A stretch of DNA of 56,790 nt, taken from the NCBI GenBank assembly GCA_964386615.1, contig CAYLSL010000001.1, positions 1 through 56,790 on the forward strand, written 5' to 3'. Position numbers and translations under genes: made by a program. Source of the stretch: an uncultured Veillonellaceae bacterium (lineage in GTDB: Bacteria; Bacillota; Negativicutes; UBA1444). Below the pieces are notes generated by a model, which was not told where the DNA came from, did no database searches, and saw only the letters and a program-made list of their open reading frames with translations. Shown piece after piece: positions 35,261-45,946 of the stretch (positions are counted from its first letter, which is position 1; each line of letters opens with the position of its first letter).

Positions 35261-36655
35261 ATGAATCAAGCTGTAACCTCGCTTGAACTCAAACCCCGAA
35301 TTCTTTATGAAGTGGCCAAAGCAGCCTGGGACGGCGCCCTTAGCGACCGCCGCGAAGAGATCTGCCGTCTGGTCTGTGAAGAGTTTGGTGACCGGGTCAC
35401 CCGCCACCGCGTTGCCAACCAGATTCGCGTCGCGATGGGGTTAGCACCGCACGAACTGGACAGCACCATCGGCGAAAACGATGAAGACGCCCTGATGGGG
35501 CTGATGAACGGACCTTTTATCGTCAATGATCCCGGCGCCTGTCTGCAATGTCCGGAGGCCGGGACCTGTTGCGGCCCCGATTGTCCGCTGCAGGCTTTAT
35601 CCAAACAACCCGGCGCTGGAATTCAGATTGATCAGGAAAAATGTCTCGGTGAGGGCCACTGCTTATCCCACTGTTCATTCGGCGGCTTAAGTGAAAAATC
35701 ACAGTTTGTGCCGTTGATTAACTTATTGCGGGATCATTCGGCGCCGGTTTATGCTTCTGTGGCTCCTGCATTCACCGGCCAATTTGGCGATGACGTAACA
35801 CCGGGAAAATTGCGCTCGGCACTATTGCAGCTGGGATTCACCGAAATGGTGGAGACTGCTTTGTATGCAGACCTGATCACGATGAAAGAAGCCTTCGAAT
35901 TTGACGAACACGTACAGGAAGCCGGTGATTTTCTAATCACCAGCTGCTGCTGTCCGGTCTGGATCAAATTGATCGAAGGGCGATTCAGTGAACTGGCCTC
36001 ACATATCTCACCTTCAGTGTCACCGATGATTGCTTCCGGACGAATTATCAAAACCTTGGAACCGGAAGCCAAAGTCGTATTCATCGGTCCCTGCATTGCC
36101 AAAAAAACTGAAGCAGCCTTACCCGATCTGGCCGGTGCGATTGACTTCGTGCTGACCTTTCAGGAGTTAGCAGCGATATTCCAGGCAACAGACGTTAATC
36201 CCGCTACCTTGCCGGATGAAGAAAACGCCTCCGCTTCCCGGGCTGGCCGTATCTATGCCAGAACCGGCGGTGTCAGTGAAGCGGTGGCGGAAACGCTGGC
36301 CCGGATTCTTCCCAAGCGTGCAAAGGACTTAGATGCCTTAAAAGTGGACGGCATTCCCAATTGCCAAAAAGTTTTGGAACAGGCTAAAACGGGCTCGTTA
36401 GCCGCTAATTTCATTGAAGGCATGGCCTGTGTCGGTGGTTGTGTCGGCGGACCAGGTCGAATCAAAGCGATTGAGACATCCACAAGTGCCGTGAATCTCT
36501 ATGGTGCAAAGGCCGCAGCGGCAACGCCGGTGGAAAACCCCCAGGTCTACCAGTTACTGACTCGTCTGGACCTCGAAATGTCAGCATCGGTTCTGACACA
36601 ACAAAGTCCGGCTGCTTCAGTTTTGTCACGCTGTATACAAAAACCATCTTCATGA
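35261..36655 (+). CDS. [FeFe]-hydrogenase-like protein (H-cluster domain with an atypical N-terminal region)
   Basis: All three H-cluster motifs are present: TSCCCPVW, GPCIAKKTE and EGMACVGGCVGGPG. The N-terminus carries degenerate Cys motifs CLQCPEAGTCCGPDCP and CLGEGHCLSHC. The gene starts 18 nt after the oppF-like gene, with a GGGAGGA RBS. Confidence 0.75.
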   Translation: MNQAVTSLELKPRILYEVAKAAWDGALSDRREEICRLVCEEFGDRVTRHRVANQIRVAMGLAPHELDSTIGENDEDALMGLMNGPFIVNDPGACLQCPEAGTCCGPDCPLQALSKQPGAGIQIDQEKCLGEGHCLSHCSFGGLSEKSQFVPLINLLRDHSAPVYASVAPAFTGQFGDDVTPGKLRSALLQLGFTEMVETALYADLITMKEAFEFDEHVQEAGDFLITSCCCPVWIKLIEGRFSELASHISPSVSPMIASGRIIKTLEPEAKVVFIGPCIAKKTEAALPDLAGAIDFVLTFQELAAIFQATDVNPATLPDEENASASRAGRIYARTGGVSEAVAETLARILPKRAKDLDALKVDGIPNCQKVLEQAKTGSLAANFIEGMACVGGCVGGPGRIKAIETSTSAVNLYGAKAAAATPVENPQVYQLLTRLDLEMSASVLTQQSPAASVLSRCIQKPSS

Positions 36656-36695
36656 GGTAAAATTAATCATATCTTTCATATGAAGGAGGATTCCC

Positions 36696-38051
36696 ATGAA
36701 TAACAGCCCTGTTAAAATTATGGAAACCGTCCTGCGCGACGGCCATCAATCCCTCGCGGCCACCCGTATGCGTACCACTGATATGATCGACATGCTGGAA
36801 CAACTGGATGATGTCGGTTATTTTTCTCTGGAAGCCTGGGGTGGAGCTACCTTCGACAGCACACTGCGATTCCTCAATGAAGATCCGTGGGAAAGATTAC
36901 GGATCATCAAGCGCCACTGCAAAAAAACACCGATTCAGATGCTGTTGCGTGGTCAAAATATTCTCGGCTACAACCATTACGCCGATGATGTGGTTTCTGA
37001 GTTTGTCAAACGGGCCGTCCATAATGGCGTTGGCATTGTGCGTATTTTCGATGCACTGAACGACGTCCGCAACCTGGAAGTTTCGATGCGGGTCGCCAAA
37101 GAAACCGGCGCCCATGTTCAAGGGGCTTTCGTGTATACAATCAGTCCTTTCCACACGACCGAAACATTCGTCAAGGTTGCCAAAGACCTGGTTTCCATGG
37201 GTGCGGACTCTATCTGCATCAAGGATATGGCCGGACTTCTGGCGCCTTATGTCGCATATGACCTGGTAACGGCGCTGAAAGCAGCAGTCCCTGTGCCGAT
37301 CGACATTCACTCCCACTATACCAGCGGCATGGCCGGCATGACTTATTTAAAGGCAATCGAAGCCGGTGTAGACATCATCGACTGCGCTCTGTCTCCCTTT
37401 GCCATGGGATCTTCACAACCGGCAACCGAAGCACTGGTAGCCGCCTTGGAAGGAACGCCGCGCGACACGGGAATCGCCAAGGAAACCCTGTTCCCGATTG
37501 CCGATCATTTCCGCGCTGTCAAGAAAAATGTGGCGGAAACATTCAAACTGAATACTGCAATCGACATCGACACCAAAGTCCTGTCATTCCAGATTCCCGG
37601 CGGCATGTTGTCAAACTTCCTCAACCAACTCAAAGAGCAGGGAATGGAAGACAAATATCAGGAAATGCTCGAAGAAATGCCGAAAGTTCGCGCCGATCTC
37701 GGCTACCCGCCGCTAGTCACACCGACCAGCCAGATCACCGGCTCGATGGCTGCCTTCAACGTCATGTTCGGTCGCTATAAAGTGGTACCGCGTGAAGTCA
37801 AGGACCTGGCTCGCGGTAAATATGGACGGACACCGGCGCCGATCAACCCGGAAGTCGCCGAGCAGATTCTCGCGGGGGAAGAGCTGATCACGCACCGCCC
37901 GGCGGACGATATTGCGCCGCAAATGGAAGCACTCACCGCGTCTCTGGCGGAAAAAGGCTACCCCAATGCTCCGGTGGAAGATGTCCTTAGTTATGCATTA
38001 TTCCCTGATGTCGCATTGAAATTCTTCGAAGCCAATCGGACCAAAGCATAA
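36696..38051 (+). CDS. Carboxyltransferase subunit (oxaloacetate decarboxylase alpha / transcarboxylase 5S-like) lacking a biotinyl domain
   Basis: METVLRDGHQSL and the HMGL-like/PYC_OADA regions. Length is 451 aa. There is no AMKM biotinylation motif at the C-terminus. Confidence 0.85.
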   Translation: MNNSPVKIMETVLRDGHQSLAATRMRTTDMIDMLEQLDDVGYFSLEAWGGATFDSTLRFLNEDPWERLRIIKRHCKKTPIQMLLRGQNILGYNHYADDVVSEFVKRAVHNGVGIVRIFDALNDVRNLEVSMRVAKETGAHVQGAFVYTISPFHTTETFVKVAKDLVSMGADSICIKDMAGLLAPYVAYDLVTALKAAVPVPIDIHSHYTSGMAGMTYLKAIEAGVDIIDCALSPFAMGSSQPATEALVAALEGTPRDTGIAKETLFPIADHFRAVKKNVAETFKLNTAIDIDTKVLSFQIPGGMLSNFLNQLKEQGMEDKYQEMLEEMPKVRADLGYPPLVTPTSQITGSMAAFNVMFGRYKVVPREVKDLARGKYGRTPAPINPEVAEQILAGEELITHRPADDIAPQMEALTASLAEKGYPNAPVEDVLSYALFPDVALKFFEANRTKA

Positions 38052-38102
38052 AAAAAGGAACTCCGTCTGGAATTCCTGTATTGCATCAATAAAACTAAAC
38101 GT

Positions 38103-38136
38103 GAGAAGGTATGGAAATCATACCTTCTCTTTTTTT
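38103..38136 (+). terminator. Rho-independent terminator
   Basis: gagaaggtatg-gaaat-cataccttctc followed by T7. Confidence 0.85.
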
Positions 38137-38144
38137 GCCGCGAA

Positions 38145-40172
38145 CTAAAGCGCTGTTCCGTTTGCCGGTCTGACATCAACCTTCGTATCATAGAAAGTGC
38201 TGCCCCGGCCTTGGTCGGTCAATCGTTGCGAAGTCAAGGCATTGATCGTGCGCTGCCCCGGTGCATCACGCAGCCAGGATACTCCATCGGCGACCAACAC
38301 GCCGCAAGGAACATCATCCGTCGTCTTTAATATAAAATTCACTTCGCCCAGTTCATTCCAGGCCACAACCTGTTGACCATCAACCAGCATCAATCGTTCG
38401 GCATCTGCCGGGTTCATTCTCAGTGCCATTGGGCCCTTTTTCGCAACCAGCTCCGCCGATTCATTGAAGGATGAGTTGAGTGAATACAAACTCGGTGCTG
38501 TCATCAGGCAAAAGGCGCCGCTGCCGCCATAGGGAGGAAACCAATCCGGTAACGGAACGGCCTGCCGCGGATTCACAATCTCGATTTTTCCCGAAGCCGT
38601 TTTAAACTGCTGTTTATAATTTTCTGGCAGCGGCAAGGTCACTGCTTCACCGGCCTGGAATTTCTGCCAGTCGATTTTTGCCAACCAGTCACCCGGTGTT
38701 GCAAACAGTTGATCCAGCAGTGCGTCGGCCGACTGCTGAAAAAAGGAATCCGTATAACCCATAGCCTGGGCCAGCAGACAAAAAGTTTCCCAGTTTGACT
38801 TTGCTTCAGCGACAGGCGCAATACAGGCCGGTACCCGTTGCAGTCCATAATGCCCGTAAGCACGATAAGCGTCGGCGTGTTCTGCCGAGGTCGTGGCCGG
38901 CAGCACGACATCGGCGTACAAAGCAGTGTCTGTCATAAAGCGTTCATGCACTACGGTGAATAGGTCTTCACGGGCCAGTCCGCGCAGAACTTGATTTTGG
39001 TCCGGGTACACTGAAGCCGGATTCGAATGGTATACATACAATCCCATGATCGGCGGATCACCGACTGCTCCGGTCAGTGCGTCACCCAATTGGTTAATAC
39101 TGACCAACCGCGTCGGTGTATCGATAAAGTCTTCCCTGGTAATGCAGCCAGTATTAAATGCATTACCTGTAGATAGATCTCCCAACGTTCCGCCACCGGG
39201 TTTTGCATAAGCGCCGACCAATGCCGGCAGGCAGCAGATTAAGCGAGCCGTCATCGCGCCATTCCCATACCGGTATAAGCCGCTGCCCTGCCGGATAAAC
39301 GGAGCGGCTGCCTTGCCATAGGCGCAGGCAAGTTCGGTCAGGACTTCGGCCGGCACTCCTGTTATCGCTGCAACTTTAGCCGGCGAATAACGCGGTAACA
39401 CTTCAGCGGCCAGTTGGTCGAAGCCCAATACATTTTCCTGTATATACTGATGATTGAGCAAGTTTTCTTGCCGCAAGACATGCATGATTCCCAGTGCCAG
39501 GGCGCCATCCGTCCCCGGCCTGATCAAAATCGTCCGGTCGGCAAACATTTTGGCGGTTTCGGTGATATGCGTCTCGATAATCCATACTTTGGCGCCACGT
39601 TTTTTTGCCTCTCTCAGCGGGTGTACGAAATGTATGTTTGTTGCCAGAGTATGAGCTCCCCAGATGACAATCAGGTCACTTTGCGCCGCTTCATCCGGTT
39701 CAGCTTGCAACGTCCCTCCCATAACTGCTTCCCAGCCATTTCCCTTGGCGGAAGAACACAGATTCCGTTCCAAGCGGGAGGCTCCCATCTTATGGAACAA
39801 AGCATGTCCCGCATTGCGCTGCAACATGCCCATTGTTCCCGCATACGAAACCGGCAGAATGGCCTCGCCGCCATATTCGGCAATGATCTGTTTCCAGCGC
39901 TGGGCAATGACCTCGACAGCCTCAGCCCATGAAGCTTCCCTGAATTTGCCGTCCCCTTTTGCCCCCACCCGCAACAAAGGACGCTTCAATCGCTCCGGCG
40001 AATGGATAATCTTTTCATAGCGGGCCATTTTGGGGCACAACACACCGCGGGTATAAGGATGGTCAGGATCACCCTTTACCGCGGTTACTGAGCCAGCTTC
40101 AATCTTCAGCAATAATCCGCAGGCATCGGGACAATCATAGGGACAGACAGATTTTTTCCACTCGCTGCTCAT
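38145..40172 (-). CDS. Cytoplasmic molybdopterin oxidoreductase (MopB superfamily, substrate unknown)
   Basis: N-terminal [4Fe-4S] motif CPYDCPDACG...LCPK. No Tat signal. Length is about 675 aa. ATG at 40172 (MSSEWKK) is preferred over the track start at 40184. Confidence 0.8.
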   Translation of the reverse strand: MSSEWKKSVCPYDCPDACGLLLKIEAGSVTAVKGDPDHPYTRGVLCPKMARYEKIIHSPERLKRPLLRVGAKGDGKFREASWAEAVEVIAQRWKQIIAEYGGEAILPVSYAGTMGMLQRNAGHALFHKMGASRLERNLCSSAKGNGWEAVMGGTLQAEPDEAAQSDLIVIWGAHTLATNIHFVHPLREAKKRGAKVWIIETHITETAKMFADRTILIRPGTDGALALGIMHVLRQENLLNHQYIQENVLGFDQLAAEVLPRYSPAKVAAITGVPAEVLTELACAYGKAAAPFIRQGSGLYRYGNGAMTARLICCLPALVGAYAKPGGGTLGDLSTGNAFNTGCITREDFIDTPTRLVSINQLGDALTGAVGDPPIMGLYVYHSNPASVYPDQNQVLRGLAREDLFTVVHERFMTDTALYADVVLPATTSAEHADAYRAYGHYGLQRVPACIAPVAEAKSNWETFCLLAQAMGYTDSFFQQSADALLDQLFATPGDWLAKIDWQKFQAGEAVTLPLPENYKQQFKTASGKIEIVNPRQAVPLPDWFPPYGGSGAFCLMTAPSLYSLNSSFNESAELVAKKGPMALRMNPADAERLMLVDGQQVVAWNELGEVNFILKTTDDVPCGVLVADGVSWLRDAPGQRTINALTSQRLTDQGRGSTFYDTKVDVRPANGTAL

Positions 40173-40196
40173 GTTCCACCTCACAAATAGTATCTA

Positions 40197-41843
40197 TCAA
40201 CCGATGAATTCGCGCAAAATTGAATTCAGCGGCACCATCGATTCCGGCGCCGACCGAAAGTGTCGCAAAAAACCGATCAGTTTGCGTGCTTCCAGATATT
40301 CCGGGTCCTTGGGCGATATTCTGGATAGGGGAGGTTCGGCATACGGGCGCAATACTGCCAATTCATAAATCAATGCCGAGTTGAACATCACATCCGCCTG
40401 TTCCTGGAACGGAAAAATATTGATCTCTTCGCCCCGCCGCACCGAGGGCCACATCCTTAGTGTTTGCAACGCATCATGGCCACGGAATTGATAGTCACGA
40501 ACAATTCGTCGCAACAGACGGGAATCCGTGGTAGAAATCCGATTGTGGCTATCAATTGCCAGCTGGGTCAATGCGCTGATATATACCAACAATTTGTGCT
40601 GGCGAGAAACTGCCGCTGTAAGTTCAGGATTCAACCCATGAATGCCTTCGACAACCAACACGTGCCGATCGCCTACCTGAAGAGTTTTGCCCGGATATTC
40701 CCGGCGGCCGGTTTTGAAATTATAGTGCGGTGGCTCGACGGGGCGTCCAGCCAGCAGCTGAACCAGATGTTCATTAAACAAGGGCAAGTCCAGTGCGTGG
40801 ATCGACTCAAAATCGTAGTTTCCGTCTGCATCGCGCGGCGTCTTTTCGCGGTCCAGAAAATAATCATCCAAAGAAATCGGCACGGGGTGGATTCCATGCA
40901 CGCGCAATTGAATCCCCAGTCGTTGGGCAAAAGTCGTTTTGCCGGAAGAAGACGGTCCCGCAATCAGGACGATTTTGACTTCATGCCGCTGATCAGCAAC
41001 CCGATCAGCAATTTCAGCCACTTTCTTCTCATGCAGAGCTTCGGCAATACGCAAAATTTCGAGAAAACCGCCGTTCATTACTGCCTCATTCAGTTCGGCA
41101 ACGGTAGGACAACCCAAGATTTCTCCCCAACGCTCTGCTTCCTGCAAAATCTGCGCCAACTTCGGTTGATCGACAAATGCCGGAATAACAGCAGGATTGC
41201 TTGCATCCGGAAAGCGCAGAATAAATCCGGGCGGATAGAATCGCAGTTCGAATTTTTTTAGATAGCCGGCAGAAGGAACCATCGGTCCATAAAAATAATT
41301 CATCATGCTGCCGCATTCATACAAATTGACATTATCCCGCTCAAGTTGCTGCAACAAACGTACTTTCCGGAAATTCCCCACTGCTTCCATTTGGCGGATC
41401 GCCTCAGCCAACGGCAGATTGCGCCGGACAAACGGCAGGTTTTCTTCAATAACACGTCCCATCTCTTGTTCCAATAGTTGAATATCCACTTCAGTCAACT
41501 CTCGGTCCAATTGCCATTCATAATATACACCACTGCCGAATGAATGCTCGACGACGATGTCTTTACCGGGAAACAAGCGCTCAGCCGCCACCAGCAGGAC
41601 AAAGGTCAGACTGCGCTCATAAACCTTGACGCCTCGCACCGTGGACAAATCAAAAAAATCGACCTCTGCATCCGTTTCCAAACGCGACTGCAAGTCGGTC
41701 AGTGTATTATTTACACTAGCGGCAACAATGAGACTGGCATGTAACGGTTGACGAAATTCGGCAATATTGCGCAATTGCGTCCCGTTTTCATATGTCTGTT
41801 CGCTGCCATCTGCGAACCGTACATGAATAGTTCCATTCCCCAT
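40197..41843 (-). CDS. Uridine kinase/PRK-family nucleoside kinase with an N-terminal TGS-like domain
   Basis: P-loop IAGPSSSGKTTFAQRL. N-terminal IHVRFADGSEQTYENGT. ATG at 41843 follows GGAGGG. Confidence 0.7.
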   Translation of the reverse strand: MGNGTIHVRFADGSEQTYENGTQLRNIAEFRQPLHASLIVAASVNNTLTDLQSRLETDAEVDFFDLSTVRGVKVYERSLTFVLLVAAERLFPGKDIVVEHSFGSGVYYEWQLDRELTEVDIQLLEQEMGRVIEENLPFVRRNLPLAEAIRQMEAVGNFRKVRLLQQLERDNVNLYECGSMMNYFYGPMVPSAGYLKKFELRFYPPGFILRFPDASNPAVIPAFVDQPKLAQILQEAERWGEILGCPTVAELNEAVMNGGFLEILRIAEALHEKKVAEIADRVADQRHEVKIVLIAGPSSSGKTTFAQRLGIQLRVHGIHPVPISLDDYFLDREKTPRDADGNYDFESIHALDLPLFNEHLVQLLAGRPVEPPHYNFKTGRREYPGKTLQVGDRHVLVVEGIHGLNPELTAAVSRQHKLLVYISALTQLAIDSHNRISTTDSRLLRRIVRDYQFRGHDALQTLRMWPSVRRGEEINIFPFQEQADVMFNSALIYELAVLRPYAEPPLSRISPKDPEYLEARKLIGFLRHFRSAPESMVPLNSILREFIG

Positions 41844-41921
41844 GTTATCCCTCCAACGCCTGCTCTTCCTGGTGGAAAAAAGGGCGGACCGCAAGCGATC
41901 CGCCCTTTCAAGCACTGACTG

Positions 41922-43166
41922 TTATTTCAGGGAGTCCATCGCTTGCTTCAGTTTGCCAGCCATCCCATGGATTTTTTGTGTCGGCACGGCGCAGACCGCA
42001 ATCCGAATTCCTTTGGCCAATGCAACCGCAAAAATATTCTCCGCATTGAGCTTTTCGCTGACAGCATCGGGATTCGCTGCAGGTACCGAGAGGAAGTAAC
42101 CGGCATTATATGGCAGCATCGCAAGATTGACCGCCGCCGCTTCCTGGACAAAAATATCGGCGCGTTTTTTAATCAGTTGATAATAGCCGTCGCGCTCTTT
42201 TTCGACCTGTGCATACAGCTCCTTGTCAGCGCAAATCGTCGCCATCATGCGCATGCAGCCGCGGTTGATGTTGGACCAGGTCGCCCGGTTGCTGAACTGG
42301 TTGATATCTTCAAATTCTTTGGCCACATCGGCATCGGCAGTAACGCCGATCATCGCGCCTACACGCTGTCCATACATCGTGTAGGACTTGGACATGCTGA
42401 AGCCCATGATGAACAGGAGGTTGGCCGGCATGTTGCCAAACTTGGCGAAGAACTTGCGGCTGACGTTACGCTCGCCGGAGAAATCCAAATAGGCAATGTC
42501 CACCACCACAGTGATTTTTTTAGCCGGGTTTTTCGCAGCATTCTTTAATACATCAATAATGCCGTCCCATTCTGCATCGGTCACCGAATAGCCGGTAGGA
42601 TTATGGGCCGGTGTGTTCAGAATAACCAGCAAGTTATTTTGTTTGACCAGTAATTCATTTACCTTGCTTTCAAAAGAAGGCATGTTGAATTGCAGTTTTT
42701 CGTCAAACAGAGAAAATGTCGTCAGCTTGCGCAGGACTTCTTCGCACAATACTTTGTAGGGACCCCAGTACCAGTCGGTAGTCAGAACCGTATCGTTAAG
42801 CTCGGTATAATTCCAGATGGCATGATGCAAAACTCCTGAACCGCCAGCAGTGGCCACAGCTTTGATATAACCTTCCGGACGGCTTTCACCGAAAACATGG
42901 TTGATTGCGGCATCCAGATAATCCGGCAAACCAGATATCGGTGCATAATTGATGATCTCGGTCATCGGCACACTGCGGAAAACTTTTTCCACAGTTGGCA
43001 AACAAACTAATTGTTCCTGATCATCAAGCAAGGCGCCGATTGTGGCATTGGTCACTTTCTCCTTGCCGAATTGGGCAACCGCTTTGACTGCCAGCGCGTT
43101 GGCGCCAAAGATTTTGTCCGTAGCGAATTTTCCGATGGAATGGGATGCTGCAACAGTATTAGACAT
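41922..43166 (-). CDS. Class I PLP-dependent aspartate/aromatic aminotransferase
   Basis: N.HNPTG and the PLP-Lys region GFSMSKSYTMYGQRVG. ATG at 43166 follows AGGAGG. Confidence 0.8.
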   Translation of the reverse strand: MSNTVAASHSIGKFATDKIFGANALAVKAVAQFGKEKVTNATIGALLDDQEQLVCLPTVEKVFRSVPMTEIINYAPISGLPDYLDAAINHVFGESRPEGYIKAVATAGGSGVLHHAIWNYTELNDTVLTTDWYWGPYKVLCEEVLRKLTTFSLFDEKLQFNMPSFESKVNELLVKQNNLLVILNTPAHNPTGYSVTDAEWDGIIDVLKNAAKNPAKKITVVVDIAYLDFSGERNVSRKFFAKFGNMPANLLFIMGFSMSKSYTMYGQRVGAMIGVTADADVAKEFEDINQFSNRATWSNINRGCMRMMATICADKELYAQVEKERDGYYQLIKKRADIFVQEAAAVNLAMLPYNAGYFLSVPAANPDAVSEKLNAENIFAVALAKGIRIAVCAVPTQKIHGMAGKLKQAMDSLK

Positions 43167-43210
43167 AGTAAACTCCTCCTGTTTTCTAATTCTATCTTGA
43201 ATATTGGCTA

Positions 43211-44497
43211 TCAAGGGTACATTTTATGCAGTAGACGCGGGAAGGGGATGGATTCACGAATATGATCAAGTCCGCAAATCCAAGCCACAGTTCGTTCAAT
43301 GCCCAGGCCGAATCCTGAGTGAGGAACCGAACCATACCGTCTTAGATCCAAATACCATTCAAAGGCTTCGCGGGGCAAATTGTGTTCAACCAACCGCTGC
43401 TCCAGCAGTTCCAGATCATCAATCCGCTGTCCGCCGCCGATGATTTCACCGTATCCTTCCGGTGCCAGCAAATCTGCTCCCAGTACAACTTTGGCATCAT
43501 CCGGATCCGGTTTCATGTAAAAAGCCTTGATCGCAGTCGGATAACGATGCACGAAGACTGGTGATTCAAAATGGCTGCCAATAATCGTTTCGTGCGGCGC
43601 ACCAAAATCATCGCCCCATTCAAAGGCTTCGCCCGCCTTGTTCAGCAATTCGACAGCATCTGTATAGCTAATTCGGGGAAACGGTTTTTTGATCGCTTCC
43701 AGTTTTGCAACATCACGTTCCAGCAGCTTCAGTTCATTGCGGCAGCGTTCAAGTACCCGCTCAATGACAAAGACGATCATGTCCTCCTGCAGCCGCATGT
43801 TGTCATCGACATCATAATATGCCGCTTCCGCCTCGATCATCCAGAATTCCAGCAGATGCCGCCGGGTTTTTGATTTTTCCGCCCGGAATGTCGGACCGAA
43901 ACAATAGATCCGCCCCAGCGCTGCAGCCGTTGCCTCATTATACAGCTGGCCGCTTTGGGAAAGATAACCTTTATCACCGTGGTAGTCAATCTCAAACAAG
44001 TTGGTTGTGCCTTCGCAGGCAGCCGGGGTGATGATCGGCGCGTCAGCCAATACAAAATCATTGCGATAAAAGAATTCGCGCAAAGCAAACTCAATTTCCG
44101 AACGAATCCGTAAAATCGCCGCCTGTTTTGGCGTACGAATCCAGAGATGGCGACGGTCAGCGAGAAATTCGACCCCATGCTCCTTCAGGCTGATCGGATA
44201 TTCCCCGGCAATACTGACCGGATATACTTCTGTCACATCGATTTCATAGCCACCAGCCGCCCGTGCCTCTGCCCGCACGGTCCCCCGCAGTCGCAGGGAG
44301 CTTTCCTGAGTCAATTTCTCTGCTGCGGCAAAAGCGGCTTCGTTCGCTTTAAGCAAAACCCCCTGAACCAAGCCTGACCCGTCCCGGACAATCAAAAACG
44401 CAATTTTACCGGAAGATCGTTTATTGAACAACCAACCGCGAATTTCCACTTCTTCGCCAACATGTCGGGACAGATTCTTAATCAATGTGGGAGTCAA
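43211..44497 (-). CDS. asnS: Asparagine--tRNA ligase
   Basis: Class IIb OB-fold N-terminus and motif 2 [21 protein letters not shown]. Ends ...[10 protein letters not shown]. Length is 428 aa. Confidence 0.9.
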   Translation of the reverse strand: MTPTLIKNLSRHVGEEVEIRGWLFNKRSSGKIAFLIVRDGSGLVQGVLLKANEAAFAAAEKLTQESSLRLRGTVRAEARAAGGYEIDVTEVYPVSIAGEYPISLKEHGVEFLADRRHLWIRTPKQAAILRIRSEIEFALREFFYRNDFVLADAPIITPAACEGTTNLFEIDYHGDKGYLSQSGQLYNEATAAALGRIYCFGPTFRAEKSKTRRHLLEFWMIEAEAAYYDVDDNMRLQEDMIVFVIERVLERCRNELKLLERDVAKLEAIKKPFPRISYTDAVELLNKAGEAFEWGDDFGAPHETIIGSHFESPVFVHRYPTAIKAFYMKPDPDDAKVVLGADLLAPEGYGEIIGGGQRIDDLELLEQRLVEHNLPREAFEWYLDLRRYGSVPHSGFGLGIERTVAWICGLDHIRESIPFPRLLHKMYP

Positions 44498-44526
44498 TGG
44501 ATTCCCTCCTTTATTTGATCTGAAAA

Positions 44527-45762
44527 TTAGGCGCCAGGGCTGGAATCGCGGAAGAATGTGGCGTGAATCGCATTCACGGCATCTTTGGCACGTTCAGCCC
44601 GAATCAGGCAAGACAAGCTGATTTCGGAAGTGCTGATCACTTCAATATTGATACCGGCGCCGGAAAGTGCGCCAAACATTCTGGCCGCCATGCCGGGGCT
44701 GCCTAACATCCCCGCGCCGACAATCGACACTTTGGCAACATCTTCATCAACGACCACGCCAAGCACGCCGAGGTCTGCAGCGACTTTATCAAGAATTATC
44801 CGGGTCTGCTCCGCATCTCCTTTAGATACAGTAAATACAATATCATTAATTTTCTTGTCGGTATTACGAATGCTTTGCACAATCATATCTACATCAATAT
44901 TGGCTTCTGCCAGCGCGGAAAACACTTTAAATGCAATCCCCGGCTTATCAGGAACTCCCATAATCGCCGCTTTGGCAACATTCAAATCATGAGTTACACC
45001 ACGCACAATAAAATCTTTTTCTTCCACCGTATATCCCTCCCTGATCATTGTTCCCGCTTCGTTGGTGAATGTGGAACGCACATGAATCGGCACGCCGTAG
45101 CGAGCCCCCAGTTCAACCGAACGGGGTTGCATTACGCCGGCGCCCAAGCGGGCCAGCTCCAACATTTCATTATAGGTAATCTCCTTCATCTTGCGCGCCG
45201 TTGGCACGACTCGCGGATCGGCAGAATAAACGCCTTCCACGTCGGTAAATATTTCACAGACATTGGCGTTCAATGCTCCAGCCAATGCCACTGCCGTCGT
45301 ATCCGAACCGCCGCGGCCCAGCGTGGTCACGTCGCCATTCGGTGCTGCGCCCTGAAAACCAGCCACAACAACGACATTGCCTCTTGATAATTCCTCGAAC
45401 ACCCGATCCGGCTTGATCGCAGTAATTCTTGCTTTCATATGAACTGAATTCGTTCGGAACCCAGCCTGGGGACCGGTCAAAGAAACGGCCGGACAACCGA
45501 GGTCGGTTAATGCCATCGCTAGCAATGCAATAGAAATCTGCTCGCCGGTAGATAGCAGCATATCCATTTCTCTGCTGCGAGTAGCCCCGGTGACCTGTTT
45601 TGCCAGAGTAATAAGATCATCTGTGGTATCGCCCATCGCCGATACGGTCACGACAACCTGGTCATCCGGTTTCTTTTCCCGCACGATTCGCGCAGCAACC
45701 GCCTTAATTTTCTCGGGAGTGCCTACCGAACTCCCACCGAACTTTTTTACTACAATCCCCAT
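44527..45762 (-). CDS. Aspartate kinase (with two C-terminal ACT domains)
   Basis: [23 protein letters not shown] and the ACT repeats. Length is 411 aa. Confidence 0.9.
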   Translation of the reverse strand: MGIVVKKFGGSSVGTPEKIKAVAARIVREKKPDDQVVVTVSAMGDTTDDLITLAKQVTGATRSREMDMLLSTGEQISIALLAMALTDLGCPAVSLTGPQAGFRTNSVHMKARITAIKPDRVFEELSRGNVVVVAGFQGAAPNGDVTTLGRGGSDTTAVALAGALNANVCEIFTDVEGVYSADPRVVPTARKMKEITYNEMLELARLGAGVMQPRSVELGARYGVPIHVRSTFTNEAGTMIREGYTVEEKDFIVRGVTHDLNVAKAAIMGVPDKPGIAFKVFSALAEANIDVDMIVQSIRNTDKKINDIVFTVSKGDAEQTRIILDKVAADLGVLGVVVDEDVAKVSIVGAGMLGSPGMAARMFGALSGAGINIEVISTSEISLSCLIRAERAKDAVNAIHATFFRDSSPGA

Positions 45763-45892
45763 CGATACTATCTCCTTACTGCACAGCTAAAAATATAATT
45801 TATTTATATTCGCCACATGTATTGGAATACCTGCCGGTTTAAGCCATTTTACCATACTAAACAGCCAATAATCTTTTTCGCCGCTGCCAGGA

Positions 45893-45925
45893 CAAAAAAA
45901 AAGAGTCCCGGACCTTCCGGGACTC
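45893..45925 (-). terminator. Rho-independent terminator after the superoxide reductase gene
   Basis: Minus strand: gagtcccgga-agg-tccgggactc followed by T9. Confidence 0.85.
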
Positions 45926-45946
45926 AAAACGAAAAACCGCTGAAAG

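Noticed and set aside
40464-41261. 265-aa + strand ORF
   Set aside because: It is antisense to the TGS-nucleoside kinase gene, which has a clear P-loop. No motifs are present.
45763-45892. Lysine riboswitch (L-box) upstream of aspartate kinase, and a T-box upstream of asnS (44498..44526)
   Set aside because: The leader after the extended -10-like TGGTAAAAT is only about 85 nt and lacks L-box features. The asnS upstream gap is only 29 nt, too short for a T-box.
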